Positions 26,792 through 39,547 of a stretch of DNA of 64,000 bases are shown here, piece by piece. Positions within the stretch are counted from its first letter, which is position 1; every line of letters starts with the position of its first letter. The DNA comes from Fimicolochytrium jonesii (lineage: Eukaryota). Location: contig NW_026515701.1 of the NCBI RefSeq assembly GCF_025526975.1, forward strand, positions 248,001 through 312,000, written 5' to 3'. Under the pieces are notes generated by a model, which was given only the letters and a program-made list of their open reading frames with translations, did no database searches and was not told where the DNA came from. The position numbers and the translations under genes are program-made.

Positions 26792-29700
26792 TCAAACCCT
26801 CGTAGGCGTTGATGCGCTTTTCGTCGTCCGTAGTTCGTCACCGACAACACTTTTCAACGCGCTAATCCATTGGAACATGCTGGGATCACTGCCCGTATAA
26901 AAGAGGACGGTCCGTCGCGCGCCCGGTCCGGGAAACAGGCGGAGAACGTGTTTTCGCTTTTTGTAGTGGGCGGGTCCGACGCAGTTGCCTTGTCGGAGGA
27001 GTGGGATCGTCTCTGTGAGGGATAGATGTGGTGGCTACGAGAACGCGAAATGTCAGAACAGCGGACGCATTCCATGGGACCAAAATATAGCCCAGTGTGG
27101 GACGAAAGCTCACCTCCTGCTCGGCAGACTTCCCAAACAACGACTTGGACCCTCTCGCAGAACCCGTCGATCCCATCCGACTTCTCGCATTCCCACTCCC
27201 CTGTGATCCAACCGTCGATCCGCTGAATCCGGACATGGCATGCCACAGCCGTCGTTTCTGGCCCAGCGCCTTTCCCGCTGGCCCAGACGTGCTTGGCCGC
27301 TCCCCCTCGGCGGGGCATGGGCTGCCCGTGGATGATAGACCTTGTGCGGGAGATGATGGGCGTCCTGACCCCGTTGACAACTCGCTTCGGACAGGTGTAC
27401 CGGGACTGCCGCCGTCGAGCATATCGGTGCGTTCCTGGGAAGAGCTGTTGCCGTTCAGCGGACTGCCCGCGCGGAGGGTGGGAGGTGTCAGACCAAAAGT
27501 CGGGATGTTGCTCGGGTAGTCCGTCGGGGACGTTGGAGTTTTCGGTGCCAAGTCGCGCGGAGAGCTTTTCCCGCTATCAGCCTTATTCTGCTGATAGATC
27601 TCCAACCGCGGCGGGTTGCCGTACAAGGCAACCCATGCACGTGCCCATTTCCGTCCCGGGACTTTCTTCCCGATATCCGTGAGCTCTTCCTTCTTATCTA
27701 GATACCCTTGCAAGATGGGTTCCGGGAGGGTATTGCTGCGGATGGACCCTGAGAACGACGATCCACTCCGGCCTTCGAGGATCGGGGGCTTATCCCGCGC
27801 ATCCACCATCGGAGATTGGCTTACGTTCAGACTCCCGCTCGACGACGCTGGCGATGCCACGCTACTCGGCGACGAGTTGATGCGTTTGATCTGCAACGGC
27901 ATGGGTTGGTTGTGCGGTTGTACGTGATTCGCGTTTATGTGCGGATGTTGATCAATGACCGCCTGTGATGCTTTCGGTGCCAGGAAATTGAAATCGTAAC
28001 CCCCGTCGGTGTTGGGGGTCATGCAGTCGATGTCGCAGGTTTTGAACGTGAAGTCTTCGAAACTGGCGGATGTGTTTTCGGCTCGATCGCCGTCGCCGAA
28101 TGGTAGCATGGTGACGCTCAGATCTGGATCCCCAAAGTCATGTGAGCCTGGTGCGATGTATCCGACGGGCTGGTCCAGCGCAACGAGATGTAGGCCTTGA
28201 TTCTCGACGGGGGTGACGAGTTCATTTAGGTCCGTTGTTGAAACCAAGTCACCGGCTGCCAGTTGCGGCTGTTGCAGCGACCGACTGGATCGCCGGACAC
28301 CGGACGAAGCGTTGGATGTTGTTGATGCGCTCACGTATCGTGCGGAACTCGTCAGTCGTCTTCCACGACTATTAATCTCAATGCTAGCAGAATGCGAAGT
28401 CGACGGGCTGCTGATATCCGATTCCCGGCTATCATTCATCAACTCAATATCCTCCTCATTCTCATCCACCCAACCTTTCGACACCAAGAAATCCGATATC
28501 GAGCCCATGGACAGTCGCGACTGCCTATGCGTCATAGGTGTCGAAGCCGGCGGTGAGCCGTGGTACGTGACGGCAGCGGATCCAGATTTGCTTCTCCTAT
28601 GCCCGCGCGCTTTTCGTTTCGCGGCCGCCGCGGCGCTCATCTTGTTGGCGGCCAGCGGCTTAGTGTCGCGTGTGGATCGAGCGGGCGGTGTCGCCGGCGT
28701 CCTGCTGGGAGCCGGCGTCCCTAGTGGAGATTGTTTCCGGTCGCTTGTTTCGCTTCCTGATCGTTTCCCACCTAGGTTGGAATGGTTTTGGACACTGCCA
28801 TGCCGTTCGATCGTGCGGTTGCTTCCCGTCCTGATACTACTGCCGTCTGTCACCATGGTATCCGAGAACGCGGTGCTCCCGTCGTCGGACGCACCATCCC
28901 CGATGTGCAGCTCCAAAAGGCCCGCATTGCTAGCCGGCTCACATCGAATGCTCGCGCTATTTCCTCGTATCCTATTCCGTATCACTTTGATCGTACCGGA
29001 CTTGCCGCTACCGGTGGTGTCCCCTGTCCCGACAGTGTCGACCCCACCACCCTTCGAGCTCGACGGCGTGATCTTCGGCTCGACAATTTTGCTGCGTAGG
29101 TACTGGTCCTCCTCGATCTTGTTGACGTCCTGAGACAATTGGAAAGAACTAAAAGCATCCTGGATCCCTTGGACTACTTCAAGCTGTGGGTATACGCTGT
29201 TTTGCTGGTATCGGGATATATCATCCAATAGAGCATCCATCTGCGCTTGTCTTTCCACAAGTTGCTGGGCGCGATTGGGGTCATCCTTTTCTTTCTTGAT
29301 GCACTCATTCAGAAACGTCAGATCTCCTAACCATACGCCCAGATACGGTACGCAGGGCGGCTTTGTCTCAGTCAACCGCCGTCGGTACGCATCACTGTTG
29401 CTCAATGGCGACATGAGGTCACACATCTTGTCAAACACCGCCTTCTCTCGCCGCCCAACCATCGCCCACGTCCGCTCTAGTCTGTGAACGGCCGTGGATT
29501 GCAGGCCAGCAGTGATGCTGCGAAGACCGTTGAAATTGTTGAGGTCCATACAGTACTTTGCAACCCCAATAAAGTGGCAAACGAGCTGAAAGCGTCTTTT
29601 GACCTTCTCCGCCAGCACAATCTGCTCCGCCACCCACAATGCAACTTGATTGAAATGCTGTGTCGCTGCGACAATCTGTGGGGCGCGCTGCTGCTTGTCC

Positions 29701-30926
29701 TGCCCAGTCCACGCAATTGACGCCAGCTCTGCACGCGGAATTTCCCGAAACACCTTACTATCCATCAACGCCAGCTGCCTAGCCACTTCTTTCGGTGGTA
29801 CATCCAGTATATCCACGACTTCACCTTCGTATTTTGATCCCGATGGCGTTTTCATGTGTTTGATGGCTTTATCCTTGATTAACGTCCCCGTTGATGCTAG
29901 GCTGGCTGGAATCTTTGACACTCCCGTCAGATTCCGCAGGGACGTACGAGCCCCCTCATCCTGCGTTCGCTTCTTCGTGGACTCATGATTCTTCGCTCGA
30001 ACGCTGCCAGCGCTGCTGGTATGCCGCCTTACATTATCATCCCCTTGGAACAGATCCTCACTACTGCGGACAATCGAGCTATCCGCCGATGCCCGTCGTG
30101 GCACCGCGATGCCTGCCAGTTCCGCTTCCGCCTGGCTGAACGACTGGGTATGTGCCAGAGAAGGACTCGATGCCCTCCTTGCAAGATTGGAGTACAAGGA
30201 CGACATAGATGCATGAGACCTCCAAGATGGAGGGGGTGAGTTTCGGCCCTTTGATGTTGGCTGAGGACTCGCAGCAGTCCGAACAATGTAAGGCGTTTCG
30301 GGAACATGGGATGGGTTAGGAGGTAGCGGACTAGCGTTCCCGCTTTTCAGTCCTTTTCCAGTGACCAGATATCCCATTTTCTTCTTCCCCGAAACACGTT
30401 CGTTCATCTCCGACGCCGGGGTGCGCTCCTCGCGCTGGTGGTTCCCTAACGCCAACAACACCCGTTCCCGCGGTGACATGGTTTCCCCATTTGTGCTTCC
30501 GCTCGTCACAGGCGATGCCGAAGCCGAGCTATCCGTTGTTGAGTAGAACCGCGGCGATACGGCACTAGGCGACCCCAACACAGCTGTTTTATACGCGTCG
30601 AAAGGCGGTAAAGACGGCCCTGTCCAGGCACGGGTGCGCGAGGCACCCGCGAGCCCCGGTCTCGTTCGCAGCAGAATCTCATCGTCGCCAGCGACTTTCA
30701 ACTCGCTCCTAGGCGTTCGATATGCCGTTTCGGGTTGCCGTGGACTTACGCCGGGGGTCCGAGGCGAGAGCTGAGGAGTTGCATTCACAGGTCGTGCAAG
30801 GGGGGAATTGCCGGGTGGATTGAAGTTAGCGGGCTGTTGCGGTGGGACACCTTCTGCTGGAACCAGCCCAGTAGGCTGTTGTGGCGTAGGAACCGGGGGC
30901 TGAATGGGTGGTCGTTTTACGTCCAT
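26792..30926 (-). CDS. CDC25-type RasGEF with C-terminal split PH domain (RalGPS-like architecture); intron 27035-27113
   Basis: EVARQLALMD, NNFNGLRSITAGLQSTAVHRLERTW, PCVPYLGVWLGDL. PH N-half LQGYLDKK..KWARAWVAL; PH C-half in last exon HYKKRKHVLRL...SMFQWISALK. Start codon uncertain. Confidence 0.88.
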
Positions 30927-31392
30927 TGCGGGGTAGTCTGGGTAGTCTAAGAGCCCATTTCCACTTTGAAGTTTGAGACTTGCAGCCAACGCGTTTCTTC
31001 CCGTTTGACTGTTTTTGGCCGGCGGAATCCGTTCCAGACTCGCATCCACACCGCAAAACGTGCGGCGGTGAGGACCGCAGGGAAATGGTATAAAACGCGA
31101 GGTGGGGCGAGGTTGCCCACCGTCCTTTCAATCAACCATGCCCTCTAGATTTATTTTAAAGTCTCAAGATCCAACTTCCAAGTGCCAGGATAAAGTTCAT
31201 CCACATAGGATTGCCAAACACAAGGAGGAGAAAGAATAGGAGGGATGCGAACCATCAGGCGAGGGTGTCCGGAGGAAAAGGGCTATGGGGTATCCAAAAC
31301 TCTATGCTGTTCGACCAGAAGAGTCACAAATAGCGAGTGGGGGAAGATACGATGACCAGAAGAAGGAATGAAACGAGTACCGCTCTAGGTGA

Positions 31393-32582
31393 TCACTGCT
31401 GTTTGATCAAACGCCCTGGCGAAACCCTTCCCTGCGTGATACGTGACACAAATTCGCCTACGCCTGCTTCCTCGACGGCAGCACCAGGTACGGAAGCGCT
31501 AGCGGCGATGGCATTGAGAACCTGAGCCATTCTGCGGCCTGCATGGACGACGCGTTCTTCAGCCTGCACAATGACCGCATCAAAATAGGCGCCGGCGAGA
31601 TCATCCTCTCTGAGAATCTCGCCATTCTTGTCAGCAGCTCTCTCCGCTGCATCAAGGTGCACAAAGTCCGAGCGTTCGTGGTGAGGGAGCGCCGGGTAGA
31701 CAAGTTTGCAGACGAGAGCGGCCGACTCGGTTGCCCAAAGCGCAGGGCAAGCGAAATATTGGGATTCGAGGAACGGATCGCATGTTGCGGGCATGCTTGG
31801 ATAGGTGCTGAGTAGGTAGTCCGCGTATGAGGTGCGACTGTGATTGAGACGTTTCTCGCGGAGCTACAGAATCAAAAAGTAAGGCTCAAGGTGAAGTGAT
31901 CTCCCAAATCCCAAGCGATCACAGACCTCCAGAAGTCCATAGTCCCAGACTTCATGGAAGGACATTCCAGATCGACCATTGAACCGCACAGTTTCGGTCG
32001 TGCCGCCTCTACCTCGCGAGCTGACATGCAAAGGCTGGTGCACATCGCCAATGTAATGGATCAAAAACTTGATGGCTTCGGAGCGATCTTCCAGAGTTGG
32101 GCCGACATGCGTGATCCGGGTATAGTTTTGAATGGCGCTCAGGATGCATGTGCACGGCGACGATGGCGACGGTGCAGGGAAGTTAGCGGTGCAACTGTCT
32201 CCGGTCGGCGGATTGACGTAATGATACTTGGACGCCCACGGGAGATGAATCTCTGCGTAAGGGAATGCCAATGGTTGAAGATGGTAATCCAAGGCAGGTC
32301 ATGAACCACTCCTAGGTCATACCATCCGCCCAAAGACTGGCTCTCGCCAAGCTTCCGTCATAGTCGGGCAACAAGAAGCGAACCCATGCTTCGGCCTCGC
32401 TGGTGAGCAGCTTCTGTGCGATTTGACCCGTCAGCCAGTGCCCTAGATCAAAGTAGATTAGGCTGGAGTCGGGTCATTCCATTCCGGGGGCTGAGCTCAC
32501 CAATTCGTCCATATCCTTCCACGGGTGCGACAACGACAGCAAGACCGCAGAGGATGCCTCCCAGGCGCACGGAGGCGTGCAT
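31393..32582 (-). CDS. Secreted S1/P1 nuclease, multi-exon
   Basis: Signal peptide, YGRIG|HW, ASLWAD, YHYVN, FLIHYIGDVHQPLH..RGG, FHEVWD and AGRRMAQVLN motifs. Confidence 0.92.
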
Positions 32583-33214
32583 CCAATGCATTGGATCGCT
32601 CCAACGTGGCCACAACGGCAGATAGTAAGTACGGGGTGGTCGACTTGTCTGCGGATACTAAGAAGAAAGAGAGATCGTTCCGCGAAGATGGGATGTTCTG
32701 ACGGCGGGAGTGGCTAAGACCGACGAGGCTGGACACAGGAGGAGAGAGGACTGCCTGCCATACGCAGCTGGACTTTATATACTCGGCTTTCGGGGAGTGC
32801 CGGTGGGGTAAGGGTCCTCCTCAATAAGATGCGTTGATTATTGCACTTGCCAAATATTAGCGCTCAGCAGGGTGTCATCGGACGTGCGTGTTTGGGGAAG
32901 TGTTTGTTGGAACAAGGGACTTCACATCCGTCCAAAAGCCGTAATAACCTGAGGAGATCTGCGATAAGATCCACATAGCAATAATAAGCGACCCCCCATA
33001 ATATCTCGCACATGTCGGCACAACTGCGCACACGTGACCGGAAATGGATGCTGACTAAACCTAAGCCCCGCGACGCGTCGACATGGGACAATTCAATGGT
33101 TTGCCAAGGGAAGTCGGCACAGATGGCGAGCTCGGTCCACTTGACTGTTGCTATCGCCACATTGGAAATTGCGGCAGCAACTACGCTGTTTTGTCCCTCA
33201 TAAGCTACATCTTT

Positions 33215-33900
33215 CTACGTCTGCTGGACGTATCCTCGCAGACCTGCCATCTCTTGCAGCAGCTCGTAGCAGGCCATAAGGTAGTCGGTGGCTTGGCTAC
33301 GAAAGTGAACATCAAGTCAAGTTAGTCAAACACTCATCATTCTTCCAGGAAAACGTCAAGTATGCCCCTTCTTGGTCTTGAATAATGCGGTAACTCTGCA
33401 GATCTTCCAGGTTTGGGGTCGTGACGGGCTCGCTCTTCTTGCCCTTCTTGCTCTTGGCATTCTTTTTACCCCGCTTGCCCTTTGCCCGCTTCGGCTGCCT
33501 ACGCGGCCTAACTCGCTGAGCGGTCTCCTGGCTTTCCACATCATCTTCCTCAAGTTCCTCCGACATTGCAGCAAGGAGTACTTGTTCGAAAATGTGGCTT
33601 GGTCGCCGGCATCTTCGTCGTCCTCGTCCTCAAGTTCGCTGGAACTGCTCTCCTGCCTCCCGCTACGGGTCGCCCCCAAGGACTTTAAACGCCTTGGTCA
33701 GGGCCGCAATGTAATGCTTGTGGCGAATCCTGCTCCCTTCCATGTCTGAATCCGAACTCGATTCGACATTTTTTCATAGGCCTCGCTCGTCCTTTTGTCG
33801 GGATGATGGACGTTTTGTCGTGAATGAACTCGACGAACGTTCGATGATGGCGCAGGCGGACAGAACGATGTGATGCATGTTTCGGAGGGATGGAGAACTC
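33215..33900 (-). pseudogene. Degraded fragment resembling fungal DUF6604-type proteins
   Basis: Pieces in shifting frames: RHKHYIAALTKAFKVLGGDP* (TAG 33663-33665), FSNKYSLL, KGKRGKK...EDLQSYRIIQDQEG, ATDYLMACYELLQE. Family assignment is from recall. Confidence 0.55.
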
Positions 33901-34700
33901 CCTCAATTTTATACCTCTTCATGGGGCGTCCAAGGAACCAGGCCTCCGCTCTTCCGCAAGACATCAAGGCTGCAATGGCTGCATCAACCGTCGTCCAGCC
34001 GTGTTCAAGATGAGTGTTTCGGTTCACCAAGCACAGGAACCGGATCTTTGAAATGTCCCATTAGCGTAACACGTAGACTGGTCAACAGCACAAGAGCTCA
34101 AAGGAAGATGCCCTTCACGCGCGCAACTCGAAACTCCGACGAGTCGCCGAGCCACGTCTTAATCCGCCAGAACGAGGCGGTCTTTTGAGTCCGTGCATGA
34201 CGCAATCAACCACGTCGCTACATATGGACAACACCCTCTCCTCTCCTCTCCTTCGTCATCAAGACCTTCCTTCATCCAGAGGGAGGGAGGTCGTACGGAG
34301 TCCGGTGCAGATGAGGCTCTCGATCGGGCTCTCAGATCTCACGCAGACGGGCTGCCGGTTTAATATATTTTACCTTACTTCTCAAGGTAAGGGTACTTAA
34401 TACCACTCAGTGCGGCAGAATCTCGCGGCGACTGCGCACACCGGTCTCCTGGATATAATACATGAGATTCTCCCACTTTATATAATGGGAGTTTCATGCT
34501 GTCAATCGCCACGACGCCGATCCTGTCAGTCCGAATCGGAGGGAGCGACACGGGCGCGAGGCTTGTCCAAGAGCGAGCGAGTCCTTGGCAGAAGTCTCTC
34601 CGCACAAAACGAAAGCGCTTGCACCGACATTCCCCTTCAAGTCCACTTCGACCATCTGCATCACTGCTGCTCAGAATTTGACTGCTATAGACGAACGGAA

Positions 34701-35911
34701 ATGAGCTATCACCATGGAAGCCATAGCGGCTTCGGGGCCCCCAGCGACAGGGTATGTAGATTGACCGCACCCATAGTGGCGCGCAGCATTCTTGGAAACC
34801 TCATGCTCAGCGCTCTGAAATTCTCATTCGCCCATCTACTTAGGTTGACAGCGAAAGCACTCTGGGAGGTTACCCTGCTGCCACACACCTGCATGCAAAT
34901 GACACCCAGTACCCATCGTATGGACGGAGCGGCCACCAGGATGCCTACCGACATGGCGAAGAACAACACGAAGAGTACGCCACCAGTGACAGGTCTACGC
35001 CACCGAGGGCACACTTCAAAGCCGGTCAGGCCCCAACAGAAGCGTATAAACTCCTCGACGACGAGCACAGCCGACGAGGCAGTTTCTCTCCACCGTACGA
35101 TCGCCGAAAGCGGCGGGGTTGCTGTGGGAGGGTGTTTTGCAGCCCCATTTGTTGGGTGGTGACGTTCGTGCTGTTGGCGGGCTTGGGAGTCACTTTGTTC
35201 TTTGTGTTCCCACGTATACCCGACGTGGCCATTTCGGACCCCTTCGTTCCGGCGGGAGGAGCTGCTGCAGAGGCGTTTACGAAGCAAGCGGACAAGTCGG
35301 CTGGAACCTGGACGCCTGGATTGACCAACTCTGGCAATCCCGCAGCTGCAACGCCAGCGAACCCGTTCGTGCTCGCTTTGGGACTGGGTGTCAACGTCAC
35401 CGTCAATTCCGCAAACTACATCCCGTACAAAGTCAACAGCATCAACGTGGTCGGTGCCTTGAGGGACGTCAACGGTCGCGAGATCGTGATGAGCAACCAG
35501 AAGAATTCACTCAAAGTTTCCGCAGTCGTCAACGATGTGACGATCGAACCGAAAACTCAAACCCTGATTCGCATACCGGTCTCGGTAAACTACACCGTGG
35601 TCGGGCCGCTGACGGCGCAGACCCTCCTCCAAGACCCGGTCCTGGCGGTCTTGGCAAACGCATGCGGAATACCTGGACTGCAAGACAAGCAGGCCGGGGC
35701 CAAGTTCCGTCTCAAAGTCACAACCACTCTCGATCTGAAGCTCGTTTCATGGACGGGTTACAAGCCGCAGATCGACAAGGATGTGGCCTTTGATTGTCCC
35801 AGCACAATCTCAACTGCGTTGGCGGCGATCTTCAGCGGCATGGGCGGTGGGTTGGCTGCCGCGCTACTCGGGCCTGGGTTTGGTGCTGCGTTTGCACCGA
35901 CGTCGGACTGA
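34701..35911 (+). CDS. Single-pass membrane protein with Cys cluster and LEA_2-like beta domain (2 exons)
   Basis: RRKRRGCCGRVFCSPIC, TM helix, FPRIP, VNVTVNSANYIPYKVNSINV; intron ~34752-34843. Confidence 0.7.
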
Positions 35912-36300
35912 TGACGCCGGACTTGTTGAGCGTATCTATTCACCTTTAGCCGATCTGTAAATCCTCATTTCTCCCCTCTTCTGTCCGGGCGTATCGCCGT
36001 CGCTCTTCCCTTGTCTATATGCTCCGTATTTCGAACTGTAAAACCTCCCAAAGAACTTTGTAAATAAGCATCACGCCACTGTTCATCAATACCAAAGCTG
36101 TCACCGCATTTTAAGCCAATCTGTTTCGCTGAGCGTTGCACCAACCCCGTTCCAATGTTTCGCTGATGATCCCTGCGAACGAGTTCATCTGCTTCTACTC
36201 ACTCCTATTCATCCCACGGCCCTACGTTATACTTCTATCTGCACTTGAATCTCTGCCTTCTACCTCGTCATCACGTTCGCGCCCGTCAAAGCTGCAAGCT

Positions 36301-37974
36301 TTACTTTGCATCCAGCGCTTGGACGCCTTTGTTTATCGATTCCAACGTTGCCACCAGGTAGTTGACCAACGCCAAATTTTCCGCTCTCAAACCTAGGAAT
36401 GAAAGGGTGTTCAGCGCATGGCGCTGCTACCAATCATAGAGCCACACGCCTACTCACCTTCAACCTCCTTCTCCAACCCGGACAATCCAGATCCAGTAAG
36501 TTCATCCCGCAGCGTTGTTGGCGGGTTGCTATTCAGCAACGACTGAGATATAATCCTCTGCAAGGGCGATGGCGCTGGCGGCTCTTCGCTGTCTGATGCA
36601 CGCAGTTGCAAGAGTTCGTGCACGCTGGATGACCGCGATGGTATTTTCGGTCTTGGCGATGGGGCGCTCTGGAGGGAAGACAGAGGCGCGGTCTGAAGTG
36701 GGGGGCCCGGAGTAAGCAGAGAGCTCCAAGAGGACCAAACATGTGTCCTGTAGCAACTTACAGCACACCGACTACATATCGTCTGCACTCCATCAAGCGG
36801 CTGCGTCGCGGCTTCAAGCTCATCCCTCAGCGCATCGTTCTCTTCCTCCAGCTGCTGAATTAGGACATCTCGTGGGTCTGGAGGTTTCGTGGAATCCAGC
36901 GAGTCACTGGACTGGCCAGTGAGGAGTACGTTGCTTCGAGAGGGTCGTCTCCGTAGATCCAGTTCAGAGAGTTTCAGCTGTCGCAAGAAACAGAGCGTGT
37001 GAGAAGAGCCGAGGATGTCGCTGTGCAGGTCCCCTCTGCCACCTACCTTTTCCATCTCTGCTTCGAGCGTCCTCATGATGACCAAGTGCGATGTCTGTTC
37101 ATGCTGTGCCCCGCGCTCCGCTAAGAGCAGCTTTTCCGATAGCTCATCCGCGTGCTTATCCTTTGCCTCTAACTGAGCTGAAAGGATGCATGATTAGCGA
37201 CTGGGTAGCGGACCCCTCCCACAAGATCACACACCTTTCAGCTCCGCCACAACAAGATTTAATCCCTGCACTTGCTTGCTGAACGCCGCTTCAGCCTCTG
37301 CGCGTTCCTCTTTGATCTTTGCCAATGTCGCGGTCAGGCTTTCCACCTCCTTCGCTGCGGTAGACTGTCCCTTTTGCGCTAATGCAACTTGACGCGAAGC
37401 AGCTAGAAGATTCTTCTTCAACGATTCTGTCTCCTGTATATTCCCCTCAAGCTCCTCATGCAGGTCATGGTGTTTTTCCTCCAGGTCTTCATATTTCTAC
37501 TTGCAGGGAGACGTCAATCCTCCGTTCCTGGTTCGCGAGTGTGTTTCATCGCGCGTCACTGCACCTTCTGCCATATCGTCGATTCCTCTGATGCGAGCAA
37601 GAGCCTGCCTTCGAGCTTCAAGACGTGGGTTCACGCATGAAACTAAAAGAAACGGGCGTGGGAAATGGCCAGGCAGCTCACCTGCCCTATCGACTTGCTT
37701 CGGTCCCGGACGCCATCTTGTGGGCGAGACAATGGCGACGACGAGACATCGTGGTCGGTAGACGGGTTAAGCGGGGATCCGTATAGGGAGGTTGGCCGCG
37801 ACTTTGTTTGCCGTGATGGCGTTCTGGGCTTCTAGATTTCCAACGGTTTAGATGATGGCGAGTAACCTTCTAAGTAATGTGGCGTGAATGTAGTACCCTG
37901 AACGATGGACTCCTCGCAATCTCCTGTGAGCTTTCAGAGCTACCGTATCCCGTCAACTCAGCGTGGCTTGCCAT
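36301..37974 (-). CDS. Coiled-coil protein, multi-exon
   Basis: GT-AG exons link MASHAELTGY... through heptad-rich segments to ...LEKEVEGLRAENLALVNYLVATLESINKGVQALDAK*. Internal exon boundaries approximate. Confidence 0.6.
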
Positions 37975-38102
37975 CGTTCCTGCGTCAAGGTGGGAGGCTT
38001 TATTTGACGACGTCGCACTTTCTCAGAGCTTTTGCAACGTTGGGTGAATTTGAAGCCGCGCATGCGAAAGAAACCATTCTGTTGACCGCAACCTTCCCAG
38101 TA

Positions 38103-38443
38103 CAGTAACGTCTCGTTTATTTCAATTCCGGTTACTTCAACTTTCGCTTATTTCAACGGTCAGAGGGTTTGGGTTAGGGTTAGGGTTAGGGTTCGGGTAA
38201 CAATGACTTTGACAACACTGAGAGCACGAGGCTTGAGCACTGAAGAGTTCATTGCTCGCCAGATTCTTAGTGAGGAAGGGTTGGAGGTTATGGGGTTAGC
38301 CTAGGGAGTGCCTGTTCACCGAGCTTAGCGTACGTTTTAGTTGCGCACCTGTTTGTATACCCTTAGTATGAGGAGGATTTCAGATATTTCAACTTTCGCT
38401 TATTTCAAGGGTCAATGGTGTTGAAATAAACGAGACGTTACTG
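38103..38443. mobile_element. MITE (Tc1/mariner/pogo type), 341 bp
   Basis: Perfect 23-bp TIRs CAGTAACGTCTCGTTTATTTCAA (38103-38125; 38421-38443), TA on both sides, and 27-bp subterminal direct repeats (38136-38162, 38388-38414). Confidence 0.9.
38165..38200 (+). repeat. Interstitial telomere-like (GGGTTA)n tract inside the MITE
   Basis: GGGTTT GGGTTA GGGTTA GGGTTA GGGTTC GGGTAA. Confidence 0.85.
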
Positions 38444-38516
38444 TAGTAAAGCGTCGAACGCTCGGAATTCGCGTTCCTCAAGTTTGAACATCCCAAACAC
38501 CATCCCAAACAGCAAA

Positions 38517-39020
38517 ATGCCTTCCCTCACCACCCCAACAACCACCGCCCCGTCGTCACCATCAGCAGCAGCAGACGACCTCCTCCCACCCTATTTCCCG
38601 CTCAAATTACGCAAATGCATCGACGTCGCAGACACATTCTTCGCGTGTTTCGAGAAGGTGCGTTAACCGGGGCTGTGGGGGAGAATGGGACGGAGGAGGG
38701 CAGGCGGGGAGCCAGGAGTTTTCTGTATCCCGCTGAGAACGATGGGAGGAGGGTGTGCATATGGGCCGAATGTCAGAACCTGCGTGAGTACTCATTCTTT
38801 ATTTTCCGAACCCCATTACAGGAATCATTTCCCAACGGGGTACAGTATCCCTCACGTGCTCCTGTGGGTTTCGCCCATCCCCGTGATAGCATACTAACAT
38901 CTTTTTGGAATGTAGGATCCGAATGTAGCCCGAGAAGCGGTTCGGAAGTGCGCGGTGCCGTTGGATGCGTACAAGGCGTGTATGGAGAAGTTTGTGGGGC
39001 CGAGGGCGGAGCGGCGGTGA
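38517..39020 (+). CDS. Small twin-CX9C protein (mitochondrial IMS type), 3 exons including an 18-nt microexon
   Basis: C-IDVADTFFA-C...EK|ESFPNG|DPNVAREAVRK-C-AVPLDAYKA-C; exons 38517-38657, 38822-38839, 38916-39020. Confidence 0.8.
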
Positions 39021-39547
39021 GGAGGAGGGGATAGCAGAGGAATGAGCTTGACGAGGCAGGAGGGAAAAATGGTTGGGTGGACTACTTATGGGCTGAGGAT
39101 GAGCGGGAGTGCACGTCGATTAGGACCGCCACGGTGAGGGAAGATACGAACGGAAGGACGAGCGGTCTTGCAGAGAGACGCAGGACACATCAGGCCGTTT
39201 TGCCGAATGGTGCGCGCAACCTCCGCTTGTGGTTTAGATCAGGACCCCATACCCGCTGCTCTCGGGGTTGCAGAATAGCGCAGATCGTTATAGCCGTCCC
39301 TGACTATAGATAGGCGCGAGAACATCCGCCCGGTGTACGAATGAGTGTGCGTATGTGGAATCACACTCAATGATGCGGCAATACTTATGAACCACTGTAT
39401 GCATGCATTTATGGTAGTGTTCGTACTCAGATGAATCTATGATAAGCAAATGGTATTCGTGATTCAGACACCACAATTCGATATGCTGAGCACGTCAACA
39501 CGGATTGGTTGCCCTTCATGACCAACCGACTATACAACTCCCATTGG

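Noticed and set aside
28213..29133. 306-aa plus-strand ORF
   Set aside because: Antisense to the RasGEF exon; no motifs.
38165..38200. True chromosome end or fusion scar
   Set aside because: Short tract enclosed by MITE TIRs with genes on both sides and no head-to-head arrays.
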